Origin: Fimicolochytrium jonesii
Taxonomy: Eukaryota
Direction: 5' to 3'
Length of the DNA: 64,000 bases
Assembly: GCF_025526975.1 (NCBI RefSeq)
Contig: NW_026515691.1
Coordinates: forward strand, 186,001-250,000
Shown: in pieces, positions 51,580 through 64,000 of the stretch
Numbering within the stretch: position 1 is the first letter of the stretch
Layout: each line of letters begins with the position of its first letter
Position numbers and translations under genes: made by a program
Notes under the pieces: model-generated
The model's input: the letters and a program-made list of their open reading frames with translations, nothing else
Database searches by the model: none
What the model was told of the DNA's origin: nothing

Positions 51580-54233
51580 TCAAACCCCGACGGCGGTTTC
51601 CGAGTACGTTCGTTGGCGCCTCGAAGAGGCCGGCGGGGGAGGCGGGGGAGGGAATCGTTTGCGAGTAGGCAACGCAAGGTGTGCGATTTCGCTAGCTGAC
51701 GCTGATTGCGCCCGTCTGTGTGCATTTGCCATGGGTCGCGGGGGCGGGGGGGGATGGAGCAGAGCAGCGCCGGACGGACCTTGAGCTTGCGCGATGGCGA
51801 CATTCCCAAGCGACGAAGGTAAGACGACGTCGGCGGAGGACGCGGCGGGCGACTGAAGACCACCGGCAGAGCGGGAAGTACGGCGAGATTTGCGCATGAT
51901 TTTGTCCCGAATACCTTCAAGCGACCAGGTGCTTCCTCCACTGCTCGATCCTGAGCTAGCGCTCGAGCGACGGCGCTGCCACCACCGTTTGCTCGGATGT
52001 TCTGGGTCTCCAGTGTCAACTGCTACCGCGCTTCCGCTAGCGGGAAGGTCGTGCATCGATGCGGAGGAGGGACGCACGCTCGATGCTCCGACTGCCTTGC
52101 CGAAAAAGGACAGGCTGGCTCGAGAGAGACTAGGTCTGGACGGCGTTGACGGTTGCGATTGCTGTTGTGGAGTGTCTTGATGTTGCTGTGGCTCCGTCCG
52201 AAGATCCTTGAACAGTAATGCCTCGATATTCGGAGCGCCGATCAACTCGGGAGGGACCACAACTGCATGGGCGGAAAGATAGTCGACCGGAGAAACAACG
52301 TACGGTGGGTCTTGCGGAAGCTTCTGCGTGCCGAGTTGGATGCGTGCCGACAGAGCCCTTTTCAGCTCCAGGGGTGTCGGCGGGCACAGAGTGCCCGTCG
52401 ACGACTCATCCTGAATCTTTGGTTCGCGGAGTCGTGAGAGCTCGTCGAGCTCCTTCTGGGCATAGCACTTTCGGGATAGAATCCAGTGAAGCACGAAAGT
52501 TCCGACAGTCTCGTCCTCGGCGTGTCGTAAAAATTCAAGCTGCGTAGGTATTCTGGTGGACAGTAAGCTGTACGTGTTTTTTTTCTTGGATGATTGTTCC
52601 ATGAGCATCTGAGCCGAGAGCTGCTCGACGGCGTACTTCTGGCGATTGTGGTGATGATCCAGCTCGTTCCACAGCTCGCTGAACCGCCTCCGAGCGCTCT
52701 CGTTGATGCTTTCATTCTTCATGAGAGCTATATAGTACGTACAGTCGTGTACGTACAGGCCTAGACACGGCACGAACGGACGCGTGTCCTCGTCTCGCTT
52801 GGCGTGGTATGAGCGCAATCTTTCAAAGTTGCCCTCGGGGGACACCATTCCCATCAGGGCATCGAGCGCCTGAAGATGTTTGGCCGGAACGGTCTCCCAT
52901 GTCCGGCGGAGCCGGCTAATGGCCGGTCCCGTAAGAGTGAAGACCACAGCCTGGAGTCCGTTGAGGTTTCGAAACTCCTCCAGGTAGTGTGCCACCGCGA
53001 GCCAATGGAGAATGACCTGGGCTCGCTCAGGAACGGTCGCTCGCTCAAGAATGGTGAACTCAACCAAGCGTGCCAAGTAGTTGAACCATTCGGCGTGCGC
53101 TTGCATCGGCTGGGTAACATGGTCAGGAGGCTTGTGGAGTATCAGGTCGATCGCTCCAATCTGGTCGAAAAGCATCTGGTCCTGGATGCTGATTTCGAAA
53201 GCGAGCACTTGCGGCTTGAAGCAGGTAACATCGGCGACTTTTGCTGCCAGGAATATCTGGTATGCGATTTGCTTGTGCCTGTGGCGCAGGCTGTCATCCG
53301 ACGGCATGGGCGGCGCTATTCCTTCCTGCGGGATAGCCAGTCGTGAAGGAGGAAGTGACGCTCGCGGCAGCTTGGCTCGCGCCTTGTTATCGGCAGAAGA
53401 ATTGCGCGCGCCGGACTTGGGGCTTGAAGCTTTGAAGGATACGGTCGCAAAATTTTTGATAAAGGTGTCTCTGATGGTTGCGTCTGTTACCGGGCTGAAT
53501 GTCATTTCAGTCGCTGTTTTGTTCAGGGGTTCTTTTCGGTTTATTGAGCGAAATAAGAGTGTGCTGATTTCGCGATACTGTGTCAAGAGCGGCGACACCG
53601 GTAGAAGGCTCCCACCAGAACCAGTCCATGTGATTTTTGGAGGCAAAAGCAAGGCGTTGGCGTCCGACTTCTGACTGTCCGACTCGCTGTTCGAGGAATT
53701 GGTCGATAACCCTCGCAAGAAGGGAGCAGAATCTTTCGCGACGGTGGCAGATGAAGGTCGGGTTCCTTCCGCGATCGTGCCAGCTTCATGGTCCCGGCGG
53801 TCAGTGCGCGACGTATCTGGTATAGTTTCGCCGATGCAGTCCGCGCAGTCGTTAATGATGCTTTTAGCCAGAGTTAGAATCGTTGCAACGTGCTGGACAT
53901 CTGTGCACCGCATAGCAAGCGGGGATTAAATATTAGCCATATGCATGCGAAGAATTCAGGGGATAGAGGATCCCGGTTTCAGCATGTACGGAATCGGAGA
54001 CTGGAGGCTTACGAATCGTTGCTTGGTCATTCTCATCGAAGATTTCGCATCGACCGATTCCTCGAAGTACCGTCATCAGGTACTTGTAAGTTGAATCGAA
54101 AATCTAGAGCCCGTAGAGGTAGCAAACGCAAGTTAAGAACCTTGAACCTTGTATGACTGCGAATTTGCTTCACACCCTCTCTAATCCGTTGCTCTGGAGT
54201 TTCGCTCTCGATACTCACCTCCTGTTTCGTCAT
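51580..54233 (-). CDS. RasGEF (CDC25-homology domain) protein
   Basis: Motifs WFNYLARLVEFTIL, ERAQVILHWLAVAHYLEEFRNLNGLQAVV, ISRLRRTWETV and PFVPCLGLYVHD. The tail is Pro-rich. The short 5' exons are inferred. Confidence 0.88.
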
Positions 54234-54933
54234 GGTGGCGACGAAACAAAGAAATCGAACAGTCGCTGGAGTTGGATTCAATCGGGGTATTTGATTCGCT
54301 TTGAGATGAACGTGGTGTGCAAATGCGAAGGAATTTGGAGAGGGAAACGAGAGGGAAGTTGGAGAGAAAACAGAGAAGGAAGCTGGGAATTCCTCGAGTC
54401 CACTGCATCGTCCTCGCTGTTTATTTTGGGAAACTGACCGGAAACTGACGGTTCTTTGGATACCATATTGTCAACAAACTTCGCGCTGTCGAAATCTACT
54501 AATAACTATGGAAAACAATTCTCCGAATTACTCAGAACTACCCAAAAGAATGGAAACTCCCATTGGCAGAAGCCGCCGCATGTACAGTACTATGAGAATA
54601 TGAGAGCCGAGAATAATAGGGTGCATCGTCTTGCCATGCCTCGCTGCTTTTCATTACTCAAAAACGGTACTGCATTTCCCATTTTGGTGTTTTGATATGG
54701 AGCCCAATACCCAAAAGCTGCATGTTGCCTTTCGTAGGCCCTCGATTCTTGCTCAGCTGGGGGCCCGGCAGAAGCTTTCAACGACACACATACTGGTGTG
54801 ATGCATGCGCATGCGGTAAAAGACTATGCTCGAATTTTGAAAGCTGTTGCACGAGGTGGCCGAAGGCGGGTGGCGATGGTCGGTGAAGGTAAAAAGGGAT
54901 GTATATGTTTTAAGTGTATATCGGAATAACAAC

Positions 54934-55006
54934 GGGGAATTAGCTCAAATGGCAGAGCGCTCGCTTAGCATGCGAGAGGCAGGGGGATCGATACCCCCAT
55001 TCTCCA
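54934..55006 (+). tRNA. tRNA-Ala (AGC), intronless
   Basis: GGGGAATTAGCTCAAATGGCAGAGCGCTCGCTTAGCATGCGAGAGGCAGGGGGATCGATACCCCCATTCTCCA folds into a cloverleaf. A T-run Pol III terminator follows at 55012. Confidence 0.97.
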
Positions 55007-56009
55007 GTCAATTTTTTCCTTTTTTTTCATTTGTGCACATCATATTCGCCGGTTGCTCGAGATCCAATTTTCATCACTTTTTGCCGCAGGCAATTGCCAC
55101 CAACTTGAAGGAAGCGGGTCGAGGTACTGATAACAACAAAGCGGGATGGAGCATTCGCGTAGGTAAGCGAGGCGCAGTCAGCGGAGTTCGTCTACGATGT
55201 CTCGCATGCCGTCAAAAAACGCCGACAGGCTCTGCCGTCACAATGTTCCAAGCTCGAGCGAAGTGTTAGCCGCCAAATCAACAGCAGAGAACGAAGGCAG
55301 GGAGTGTAGAGTACACATCGATTCAATTGAACCAACTGAAGCTCTCCAAGCACACAGATTGCAGGTCTCCGTAAGTCTGATTGCGTGCCACGTCAACTGC
55401 CATACGGATGTTAGCATCTCGTGACGCAAAAGGCCATTCCTGTAACCTTTGACACACGAGACAGAGTTTCCTTTTATGTGCCCATTCTTAGTAGCGATGG
55501 AATCTCCGACGCGTACAGCTTTTATGTGCCTTGGCCTACGTCTTAACCTTGAGCGTACCGGCTTCTTGCTTCAAAGAAGACCAAGCTTCTTTCTCCGCCA
55601 ACACTAAAAGACTACAGGTTTCTTACCGATTAGGAGGGCCCCAGATTCTAAAGCCAGACCTTGCCATTCATTTGGGATCACTTTGGAATCACCAAGTCGG
55701 CGCCATTTGTCTAAAGAACGTAACCCCTGGCGCTGACATATCTCACGCAAGAAACAGTTTGACTCCGCTTCATACCCCCGAAAGCCGAAACTGTGTAAGC
55801 TGCGACATCTTCGAACGCTTTTCGTCACTAGCCCATCGCAAATTTTTCATTTGAGCCGGTGGTGTGCATCGAGAGTAGTGCTCTGCAAGAAGGTGCCATC
55901 TTTGCTCCTGCTTGGTCGTCCTCTGCCGAGCGTTATCGGCCTCTTGCACCGTCCATTCTCTCGTGACTGACGGGCGCAAACTTCTTCCAAACGTTCATTA
56001 TACCACGCA

Positions 56010-58091
56010 ATGTCATACACCAGCAACCTGCAGAACATCTTTCGAACTCTCAGTGGCGGACTCATCCCAAACCCCGACCAGGACCAAGCAGGCGGCCAAG
56101 CAGGCATACTTCCAGCAGGACCCGGTAACATGCAGCAGCACCCTCATTCTCTTCGTCGGTCCCAAAACTCCCTCTCCGATTCCCTTCACCCACCTGGCCC
56201 CTTCGTCCCCGGAAACAATGCCCAACAACAACCGCCACACCAACACCAGCATCAGCACCATCACGGCCATAACCACGGACCGCACCAGCATGGTCTCCAG
56301 CACACACATCCTCCCCACTATGCCCAACCCGGCGGAAATTACGTCCTCAGCTCCCAGAGCCGCACCACATCTCAACGGTCGCTCCTATCCGATGGTGGTT
56401 TACCCCGTGCTCGCATGCCCTCATCGCCGTCGCTACAAGGGATACATTCAGGCGACCGCATGGATGTAGTAGAGCAAACGGAAGACTCGGCGGAGGACGA
56501 CCAAGAATATGAAGATGATGAGGAAGGGGAGGACGGTAGTGATATGGAAGAAGACGAAGAGGATGAAGAAGAAGATGAAGCCACGGTGAAGGAACAAGAA
56601 AAGGCGCAGGAACGTCAGACTGATATGAGGAAGCGGATCATGCTCATTCAGCAGGATAACTCTATTCCCGCGGCCGAAAAGGCCAAGAAGATTCAAGTAA
56701 GTTATTTTCATGTCCTGTATCTCTTCTATTGCTTGGTGGAAAACTCACCGCCGTTTCTGTCCTCTTCTACTCTTTCAGGAACTTATGACGCAGGGATGGT
56801 CAGCGACACAGCAAAGTCGAGCAACGACGAACACCCGAGTGACCAACCGTCTCGAGAATCGCCGTCGGGACTACAGCCACGTTACCGAGATAGACAGGGA
56901 GCCCACTTTCCACGACAGAAATCAAGGGGTTTTGGGATGCAAGCACTATCAGCGGGCCGCGAAGTTGCAGGCGCACTGCTGTGGCAAATGGGATACCTGT
57001 CGATTCTGCCACGATGAAGTCAGCGATCATAATATTGTCAGGTACGTGCCGTGAATTCGACATCATGAACCCCTGGCCATTTTCCTAACCACCTCGTCTC
57101 CATCAGGAACCTCATCACGACGATGCTTTGCATGTACTGCGGTACCGTTCAACCTGCGGGCCAAGATTGCATCAATGAAGGATGTCGTCGCCGTGTAGCC
57201 AAGTACTACTGCAAGGAGTGCAAGCTCTGGGACAGCGATCCGCGCAAGAACATCTACCACTGTTACGATTGTGGTATTTGCCGTATCGGAAAGGGACTGG
57301 GCATCGACTACTTCCATTGCAAGAAGTGCAATGTGTGCATGGCTATCAGCTTGAAAGGAAGGCATAAGTGTATCGAGAGGAACTTGGAGAGCGATTGTCC
57401 GATCTGTGGCGAGTACATGTTTACAAGTACAACGACGGTCATATTCATGGTAAGCCGGGAATAGCTGCTTCTTGACGTTTCACTTTTGGACTCGGCTAAA
57501 ATTCTTCGAACCCCATAGCCTTGCGGACACTGCATCCATTACAAGTGCCATCAAGAATACATCCAAACCTCGTATCAATGCCCAACCTGCCTCAAATCCC
57601 TCGCGGATATGACCGACTATTTCCGTCGCATCGACCAAGCGTTGGCCCAGCAGCAGATGCCACAGGAGTACAGCAACCTCTACAACCAGATCTACTGCAA
57701 CGACTGCGAAAAGAAATGCTTTGCCAAGTTCCACTTCATGTACCACAAATGCGTCAACTGCCGCGGTTACAATACCAAAGTGCTCAACACGGCCGATCAG
57801 AACCTAATACCACCCGAAGAGCTGAAGCAGATCAATGCACTGGCGTCTATGCTCGTGAACTCGGCCAACCCTGCGGCGGCGGGGGATACCGCGGATGCAT
57901 CGTCGGTCCAAGAACCTAGCACCAGCAGACGAGCGAGTGCGGCGGGTCGTGGCGCTTCGCGCAGAGCGAGCATGGTACAGCGTGGGGTGCAGTTCTGGTG
58001 CCATCAGTGCCAAGCCTCGACGAATCCCGTCATGGTGGCTGGATCCCAGCGCTGTGGGACCTGTGACTCTGATTTTCTCGAACAGCTTTGA
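56010..58091 (+). CDS. Pirh2/RCHY1-like E3 ligase (CHY zinc finger, CTCHY, RING-H2, zinc ribbon) with an extra C-terminal zinc ribbon
   Basis: Motifs GCKHYQRAAKLQAHCCGKWDTCRFCHDE, YYCKECKLWD, CPICGEYMFTS...|PCGHCIH...CPTC and YCNDC...FHFMYHKCVNCRGYNT. Confidence 0.92.
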
Positions 58092-58423
58092 GTGGAATCT
58101 TGAATCTGGCTCGTGTGAGGATTCCACACAATCACTTCTCGCGTTCGGTCCGCTGAACGATAGAAATCTAATCATGTGAACATGCCCGACTGGGTTGGGT
58201 GGGAGTGGGCAGCTTGTGTCAAAGGCGGGAACGCTCACTAGATGACATCGGTGTTTGTTGGGAGTCGGGGAGGTGTCCCGCTCCCATTACTTGAATACAA
58301 CGACGTAAAAAGGACATCTCATACATTCATACATGGATTTGTGGTATCAAAAGAATGGAAAGCACACTAATTGGGGGAAGTACTATATCCTACGCCAATT
58401 CGAAGAAGCAAATGATGCACTGC

Positions 58424-59730
58424 TTAGACCCAAAACCCCGCTTGGCAACCTTCGAAGTAATGCCTATAAAAGCGATGCGGCAAAATAACAAGATTGCACA
58501 CCCTTTCTTGCCCCCTATGAATTTCTGCACCCCTGCCATATATTCCCCGTCTCTCTATTTCCTTGGGCGATAATCGACGATAGTGCTCAGCTCCACGTCC
58601 GCCATTCAGCAAGAACGGCTTCTCAAAGCGCTCCAACGCCTGAGCGCGATGATCAAAGCTGCAAGGACCAAAGGCTCGGCCAGCAGATCCATCAAAACAC
58701 TGACACCTTCGAGGCTGGAAACATGGCTGAGACTGAGATCGAGAAGAACCCACATCTAAAAGCGGGGAAATCGTGAGAATTGTGTCAGTTAAAAATTGAC
58801 GGGTATTTTCCAACACCCGGCCTCGTATTTTGACAGCGCGTCTCCACAAAATGGTGTCACACTTACAGCAGACATGGCGAGGAACACCCACGAGAGGATG
58901 ACCATGGGAAGGCTCGCGGCGTTCGTGAGACAGGTGTGGCACTCGCGGATAGGAGGCATGCCGGGAAGAGCATCGCGACTGGTGGTGCAGGCGTATTCGA
59001 TGGGAATGGAGCCGACGGTGGCGATGATGAGAGAGAGCAGAAAGGTGGTACGGGCCGCCTTGGCTGCACGCTCGAAGCGCTTGCGCTGGAAACAAGATGT
59101 TGTTTGGTAAATGCATGTTCCATGATGCAGAGATGAAAGGATTAATGCTACCAGATTCATATAACGAGGCTCTTCGCCCTCAGTGTCCCCGGTCTCTTCC
59201 GGGAGAGTGGCGGCAGAGCCAGAGGTGACAGAGGTTGGAACTGCGTGATAACCAGGTTGGCTGGCAGATCCAGTTCCAGTTGTGTCCTCTCCGAAACGAG
59301 TGCCGGATTCCCCGGCCACACCACCTTCGGCGGCTCCGCGACCAGCACCGCGCGACGCCAAGTGCTTGAACTGTCGAATTGCGTCTTTAGCATCTTGAAA
59401 GCTGTGGTAACCTAGATCCGCGAGGAAGTGACCAAGTAAAGCAGCCTGAGAAGCGAGAATCAGTTTCCAGTATCGGTTTTCAGTATCAATCAAAAGTCTG
59501 CATTCAGCCGGCGTCTCCCGCGAAAACAATGCATCCCGCGAAAACCCGCAACTACAGTCACACAACCACTTACCGCATAGACTCCACCCAAGATGAAGGG
59601 GACCATCCAAAGGCTCATCATAAAGCCTCGGTGGGCATCGTAGCGAGGCGTCTGTCAAAAGCCGATTCAGTGCCCGAAGAACCTTTCACAGCAAGCTCAT
59701 ACTTACGTTCGTAGGGTCGCCGGCTTTCAT
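58424..59730 (-). CDS. Hypothetical multi-pass membrane protein
   Basis: Spliced model MKAGDPTN|TPRYDAHRGFMMSLWMVPFILGGVYA|AALLGHFLADLGY..., with further TM segments FLLSLIIATVGSIPI and LPMVILSWVFLAMSA. The 3' end is uncertain. Confidence 0.55.
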
Positions 59731-60248
59731 ATTGCTTGGGGGAGATGTGAAGGGTATATTCGAAGGAGTTCTGGGAGCAAAAGATGCTATTTTGAAATGG
59801 TTCGAACGCAGCGGTGCAGAAATCCGTGACGAGAATGGTCTCAAGAGGATGGACGGACTAGAGCGTTTTTGGTTTTTGAAGGAGTGAGAGGAAGATACTG
59901 ACCAGAATGTGGAGGTCTTGATGCGTCCTGAAATGTGGGGAATATGCATCACTTCATGCCCCGATGACAACCGTAAGATGATCATTGGTGACGTTACGGG
60001 GAAGCTTTCCAAAGAAAGGAGGGCTGCAATTTGTGGAGATGGGGATGCGTTCCAGCGGCGCTTGCCCCCACCACCGTGTGCATCCGCCGGTCTATCTCAC
60101 GGAACATGGCTTCTTCGATGAACCTGCCTTCGCACCGCCTTCGCACTGCCTTCGCAGATACGTTGGGTCGTCTGAAGTCGCTTCGATTGCATGAACTGCT
60201 ATGGGTATCCCGCAAAAGACGGGCGAGCCCCAAAAAGAAAAACTTGAT

Positions 60249-60321
60249 TGGAGAATGGGGGTATCGATCCCCCTGCCTCTCGCATGCTAAGCGAGCGCTC
60301 TGCCATTTGAGCTAATTCCCC
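60249..60321 (-). tRNA. tRNA-Ala (AGC), identical to the copy at 54934
   Basis: Exact reverse complement of 54934-55006. The A-run at 60232-60242 is the T-run terminator on the minus strand. Confidence 0.97.
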
Positions 60322-60902
60322 GTTGTTGTTTGATCATAGAATTGAGCAAAAATATAAATTATATTACTATGAACGGAAGCTCGTTCGGCGCTGACTCAAA
60401 ACGCTGTCCGTACGATTCAAACGGACCCATTTGGTAAATGCATCCGTTTCCGCTGAAAGAGCTACCGGAGAGCCTACCGAAAATCCACCTTGAGGCTTGA
60501 GGCGAGGCTCTTACGTTGATGCAGCCAGCGGATATTTATCAAATATGTCCGATGTTGCCCGTCGCAGCCCGAGTGCACGCCGCGAAGATCCAAGAAGCAA
60601 GCAAAAAAGGCACCAAAAGATTTGCGGCCGTGATGAATCCTCGCCTCGAATCTGTGCGATGGCCGCGGAATGCGCGGCGAGCTGATGAGAACGGCGCGTG
60701 CGATTTTGGCACCAGAGACTTGTGGCTTGCAACAAACAAGCGCCAGCCCCCCAGCACCCACGGCCCAACTTCAACCGCAAACTGATGAGAAGCCCAACCC
60801 TTGCAATCTTGCACACTTCTTACATCCAACGTACGAGAGACTATATCGCAGGAGAGATCCATTTGAGCCTTTCGCTTCATCACCAACCGGAACGTATCAA
60901 AC

Positions 60903-63228
60903 ATGGGCTTGTACACTCCCGACGAGGCCGCATTACGGCTCTTCAGGTGAGAACCGACGCTGAGACTGGGCGAAGTAGGAGGACGGTAGCACTAGGAGAC
61001 GGCGGAACAGGGGGGCCGGACACTCTGCAGGTCGCTGGTGGAAACGCGGACGGATTTGGGAGACGCAAATCTGGCCAGCCGGCGATGTCGACCAAACGGC
61101 ACTCTTCTCGTGGCATGCTGCCCTCTCGTCTAGACCGTGTCTCGTGACGCGGCAGCAATATACTGATCGTCCTGTCTATATGTCTCTGTTCTCATAGTGT
61201 GTTTGGTGTGTTGGCGGTGTTTGTCGCCGCAGCCTATGCCCGTCTTCAGGCAGTCTGGAGCTATGACGCCAGCAAAAAAGTCGGTGGCTTGACCGGCATT
61301 GAGGTGAGTGTTGGAGAGCGTGTGTGCTGGAAGCGAAAGCGAGCGTTCGCCGGGTTCTGTGACTGGGCGATCGAGTCGCTGGAGCGATGCGAAGGAATGC
61401 GAGCGATGATGAGCGTTGGGGTTGTTCATTCACACTATCTTCCCTCCCGGCTACTCTTAGCGCAAGCATCTCCTTGAAGAGCTGGATACGCCGGCCCCGC
61501 CATTCGCCTACCAGCGCAAGCCCATCCCCTCCGTTGACCCAGAAACCATTGACGAGATCCAAGAGCCCGTCCACGACCTCTACATGCAATGCTACTCCGA
61601 CTCCTGCCGGTCAGCCGAAGCCGCAGACAGGCCTTATCTTGGTTGTTACTCCCCATCTTGCCCGAATGCACGCTCGAGTGTCTTGAAACCCCAGCAGGTG
61701 CCCAAGGTGGAGCTTCCGTGGGTCACTAAGCATCCGAAGAGGGAGAGGAAGATGAGTCTGTTTTCGCAGATCTTGGCTCATCCCTCTGGTGCATTCCCGA
61801 CCAAGACTAAGATTCCGGTATGTTCCCACTTCGAATATCAGAGGCCAATATCCAGGCCCATGCTTGTTCGCTTATCATGATACTTTTCCACCTTTTCACC
61901 AGCCAACAACGGTCATCAGCGCCATGTACATGAACAAACTTCCAGCAAAGTCTCAGATCAAGCGTTTACTTGAGGATACCATTTTGACTCGTTACCACCG
62001 TTTTAGCGCTCTCCCCATCGAAGCGCAGGACGGGACTATCAGCTGGCTGCCATACGAGACCATCAACGTGGAATCGCATATGCAGTCTGCAGAGATCTCA
62101 TCCGAGGCGGATATCAAAGCCTACATCGAGAACCTCTTCAAACGCGTCTGGGACTCGACCAAGCCCATGTGGCACATTCACCTCTTGCAGAGCACTACGC
62201 CCGGCCAGCCTTCAGTCCTGATTATTGAATTGCACCACGTTCTCGGCGACGGCGTCTCGCAAATGCAGGTCTTGGGCGACATTGTCACGGACAAGGCTGG
62301 CAAACCCTTGACCTTGGATGAAAAGAAGTTCAAGCGGATGATGCAGGGCAACAAACCCAGCCCCACTCTCTGGCAGCGGGTGCAGCGTAAAGCCGTGCTG
62401 GCTCTCAACACCGGCGCGGCCGTCGCGAAGGTTCTCTCCCTCCCTCTCCTATTCGGCGACACCAAGACCTCACTCACAGTCCCCTACAACCACTTCGCTT
62501 CCCGCCGCCGCGCCTACGTCCCTGTGCCCCCTCTCCCCCTCGATGTAATCAAAGACATCAAAAACAAGCTCCACGTAACCGTCAACGACGTCCTCCTCGC
62601 CATCCTCGGTGGCGCCATGCGCTCCTACCTCCTCCACCGCAACGACAAATCCCTCTCCACCGCCGCCGCCGCCGCCTCGCTCCAGATCCGCGCACTCATG
62701 CCGTACTCCTTCCCCCGCTCCCTCGACGACCTGCACAACAAATGGACAATGATCTCCGGCCGCGTGCCCGTTGGAGAATCATCCCCCGTCGCCCGCGTGC
62801 AGGCCGCTAAAAACGCCATGGATAAAATCAAACAGTCACCCGAACCCGTGGTCGCCGTCTTCCTACAGGAATCACTGTACAGAGCCGTCGGGCATGAACT
62901 CTCCGCACAAACCAATCTGGATCTGTTCAAGAAACATACCCTCATTTTCACCAACGTCCCCGGGTTCACGGAGGAGATGTACTTTTGCGGCGAGAAGATC
63001 GTGCATGTGCAGCCGATCGTGTCGAATGTCATCACCCAGTGCTCGGCGGTCTCCTACTGCGGACAGGTGTTTATGAACTTTGTGGTGGATGCGGATATCA
63101 TCTACGAGTATGACCTCCTCGCGGACTTTGTGGTTAAGGAGTTGAGGGCGGTGGCGCTGGCGGCGGGTGTTTCGACTGCGGGGATCCCGGAACTGCAGCA
63201 TCCTGGGGAGGGGAAGAAGGCGCAGTAG
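60903..63228 (+). CDS. Wax ester synthase/diacylglycerol acyltransferase (WS/DGAT family) with an N-terminal TM segment
   Basis: Motifs KPMWHIHLL, catalytic HHVLGDGVS, VTVNDVLLAILGGAMRSYL and IFTNVPG. Three 5' introns were reconstructed in frame. Confidence 0.88.
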
Positions 63229-63316
63229 GTCGTAGAATTATCCCTCATTATTCCAGTCTTTTGATATATCCCTCATTCTGCAACAGCCACCGGTTGACGT
63301 AGACTTTTACCGTAGT

Positions 63317-63317
<1 letters not shown>

Positions 63318-63350
<33 letters not shown>
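63318..63350. repeat. Poly-C homopolymer, 33 nt
   Basis: Read directly, ~90 bp after the WS/DGAT stop codon. Confidence 0.9.
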
Positions 63351-63805
63351 TTTTCTTATACAGGTGTGTTATCCGCTCTCTTTGCAGCGTTTAGACTTAA
63401 TTGACACCTTTATTTATCAATTCAACCGTAAACGTAGAACACCTATGATCCGTTCGCATAGTTTCTTCAATATGGCCCGAATGCTAATGAGACTGGAAGA
63501 CACAGTTAGCCCGGCAATTCATCATTTACTTGAAAAAATATGATGGACTATTCATGAAGCGGCCGACAAAAGGCAGCTAGTTCTTAAAAATAACCTAGCT
63601 AGTAACGTCTGTTCTCGGCGTAGTAGCAGTAGTAGCTATGTGGCTACCAAACGATACCCAATCCGCTGGGCGAACAATGTGAAGCATGTATCTGTGTAGC
63701 TAGCAACGATGGTCTTTTCTGATCTGCCTTTCTCTATCATATATATATGATTGGCCGCATAAAACGCAAAATCTACAAGAACTCTACGTACCCTAACCAA
63801 ACATA

Positions 63806-64000
63806 TCATCCCGCCACTACCTGCACAACAAGCACAACATTGAAAGCCGAGATCAGGGTGGCTATGATACCCGCCACGACGGTGGTGATGGTGCTATTTG
63901 CGAATGAGACGGTGGATGTTTGGGTTTGGGGGAGGAGGGGGGCTGTTTCCGTGGGCGTTGGAGTGGTGGAGTCCGGGTCGGTTTTGCAGGTGATTGTCAT
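63806..64000 (-). CDS. C-terminal end of a probable NRAMP (Smf-like) metal transporter; partial
   Basis: FANSTITTVVAGIIATLISAFNVVLVVQV resembles the last helix of fungal NRAMPs. A dileucine motif ETAPLL precedes it. Confidence 0.6.
   Translation of the reverse strand: MTITCKTDPDSTTPTPTETAPLLPQTQTSTVSFANSTITTVVAGIIATLISAFNVVLVVQVVAG

Noticed and set aside
1..64000. Transposons, integrated viral genes, rRNA, selenoprotein or readthrough signals
   Set aside because: No transposase, reverse transcriptase, integrase or capsid motifs, terminal repeats, rRNA sequence or in-frame TGA within a conserved domain were recognised by eye.

Overview
Gene-dense eukaryotic DNA with about 55% GC and many short GT-AG introns. 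It is most likely an early-diverging fungus, probably a chytrid; this is inferred from gene content and intron style and was not checked by search. About 22 protein-coding genes were reconstructed by hand across introns: a septin-like GTPase with a C-terminal hydrophobic tail, a HAUS8/QWRF-like augmin subunit, RMD1/RMND1, Artemis/SNM1, an unknown SQ/TQ-bearing protein, a WRN-type 3'-5' exonuclease, a PQ-loop transporter, RPN12, MMM1, an HPP protein, cyclin T/K, a Nudix-CCCH-W2 fusion, GINS PSF3, Dicer, a GT31 glycosyltransferase, a small Cys-rich secreted protein, a very large expansin-like/Thr-rich repeat protein, a RasGEF, Pirh2/RCHY1, an unknown membrane protein, a WS/DGAT and a partial NRAMP. 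Two identical tRNA-Ala(AGC) genes lie in inverted orientation. No CRISPR array, rRNA or transposon was seen. There are three best candidates for new biology. (1) A single protein joins an apparently inactive Ap4A-hydrolase-type Nudix domain, two TTP-like CCCH fingers and an eIF5/eIF2B-epsilon-type W2 tail, and lies two genes from Dicer. (2) A secreted ~1860-aa expansin-like polyprotein carries repeated RTRR protease sites and beta-strand repeats. (3) A tail-anchored septin-like GTPase has an acidic LIR-like motif. CDS coordinates span introns, and some start codons are uncertain.
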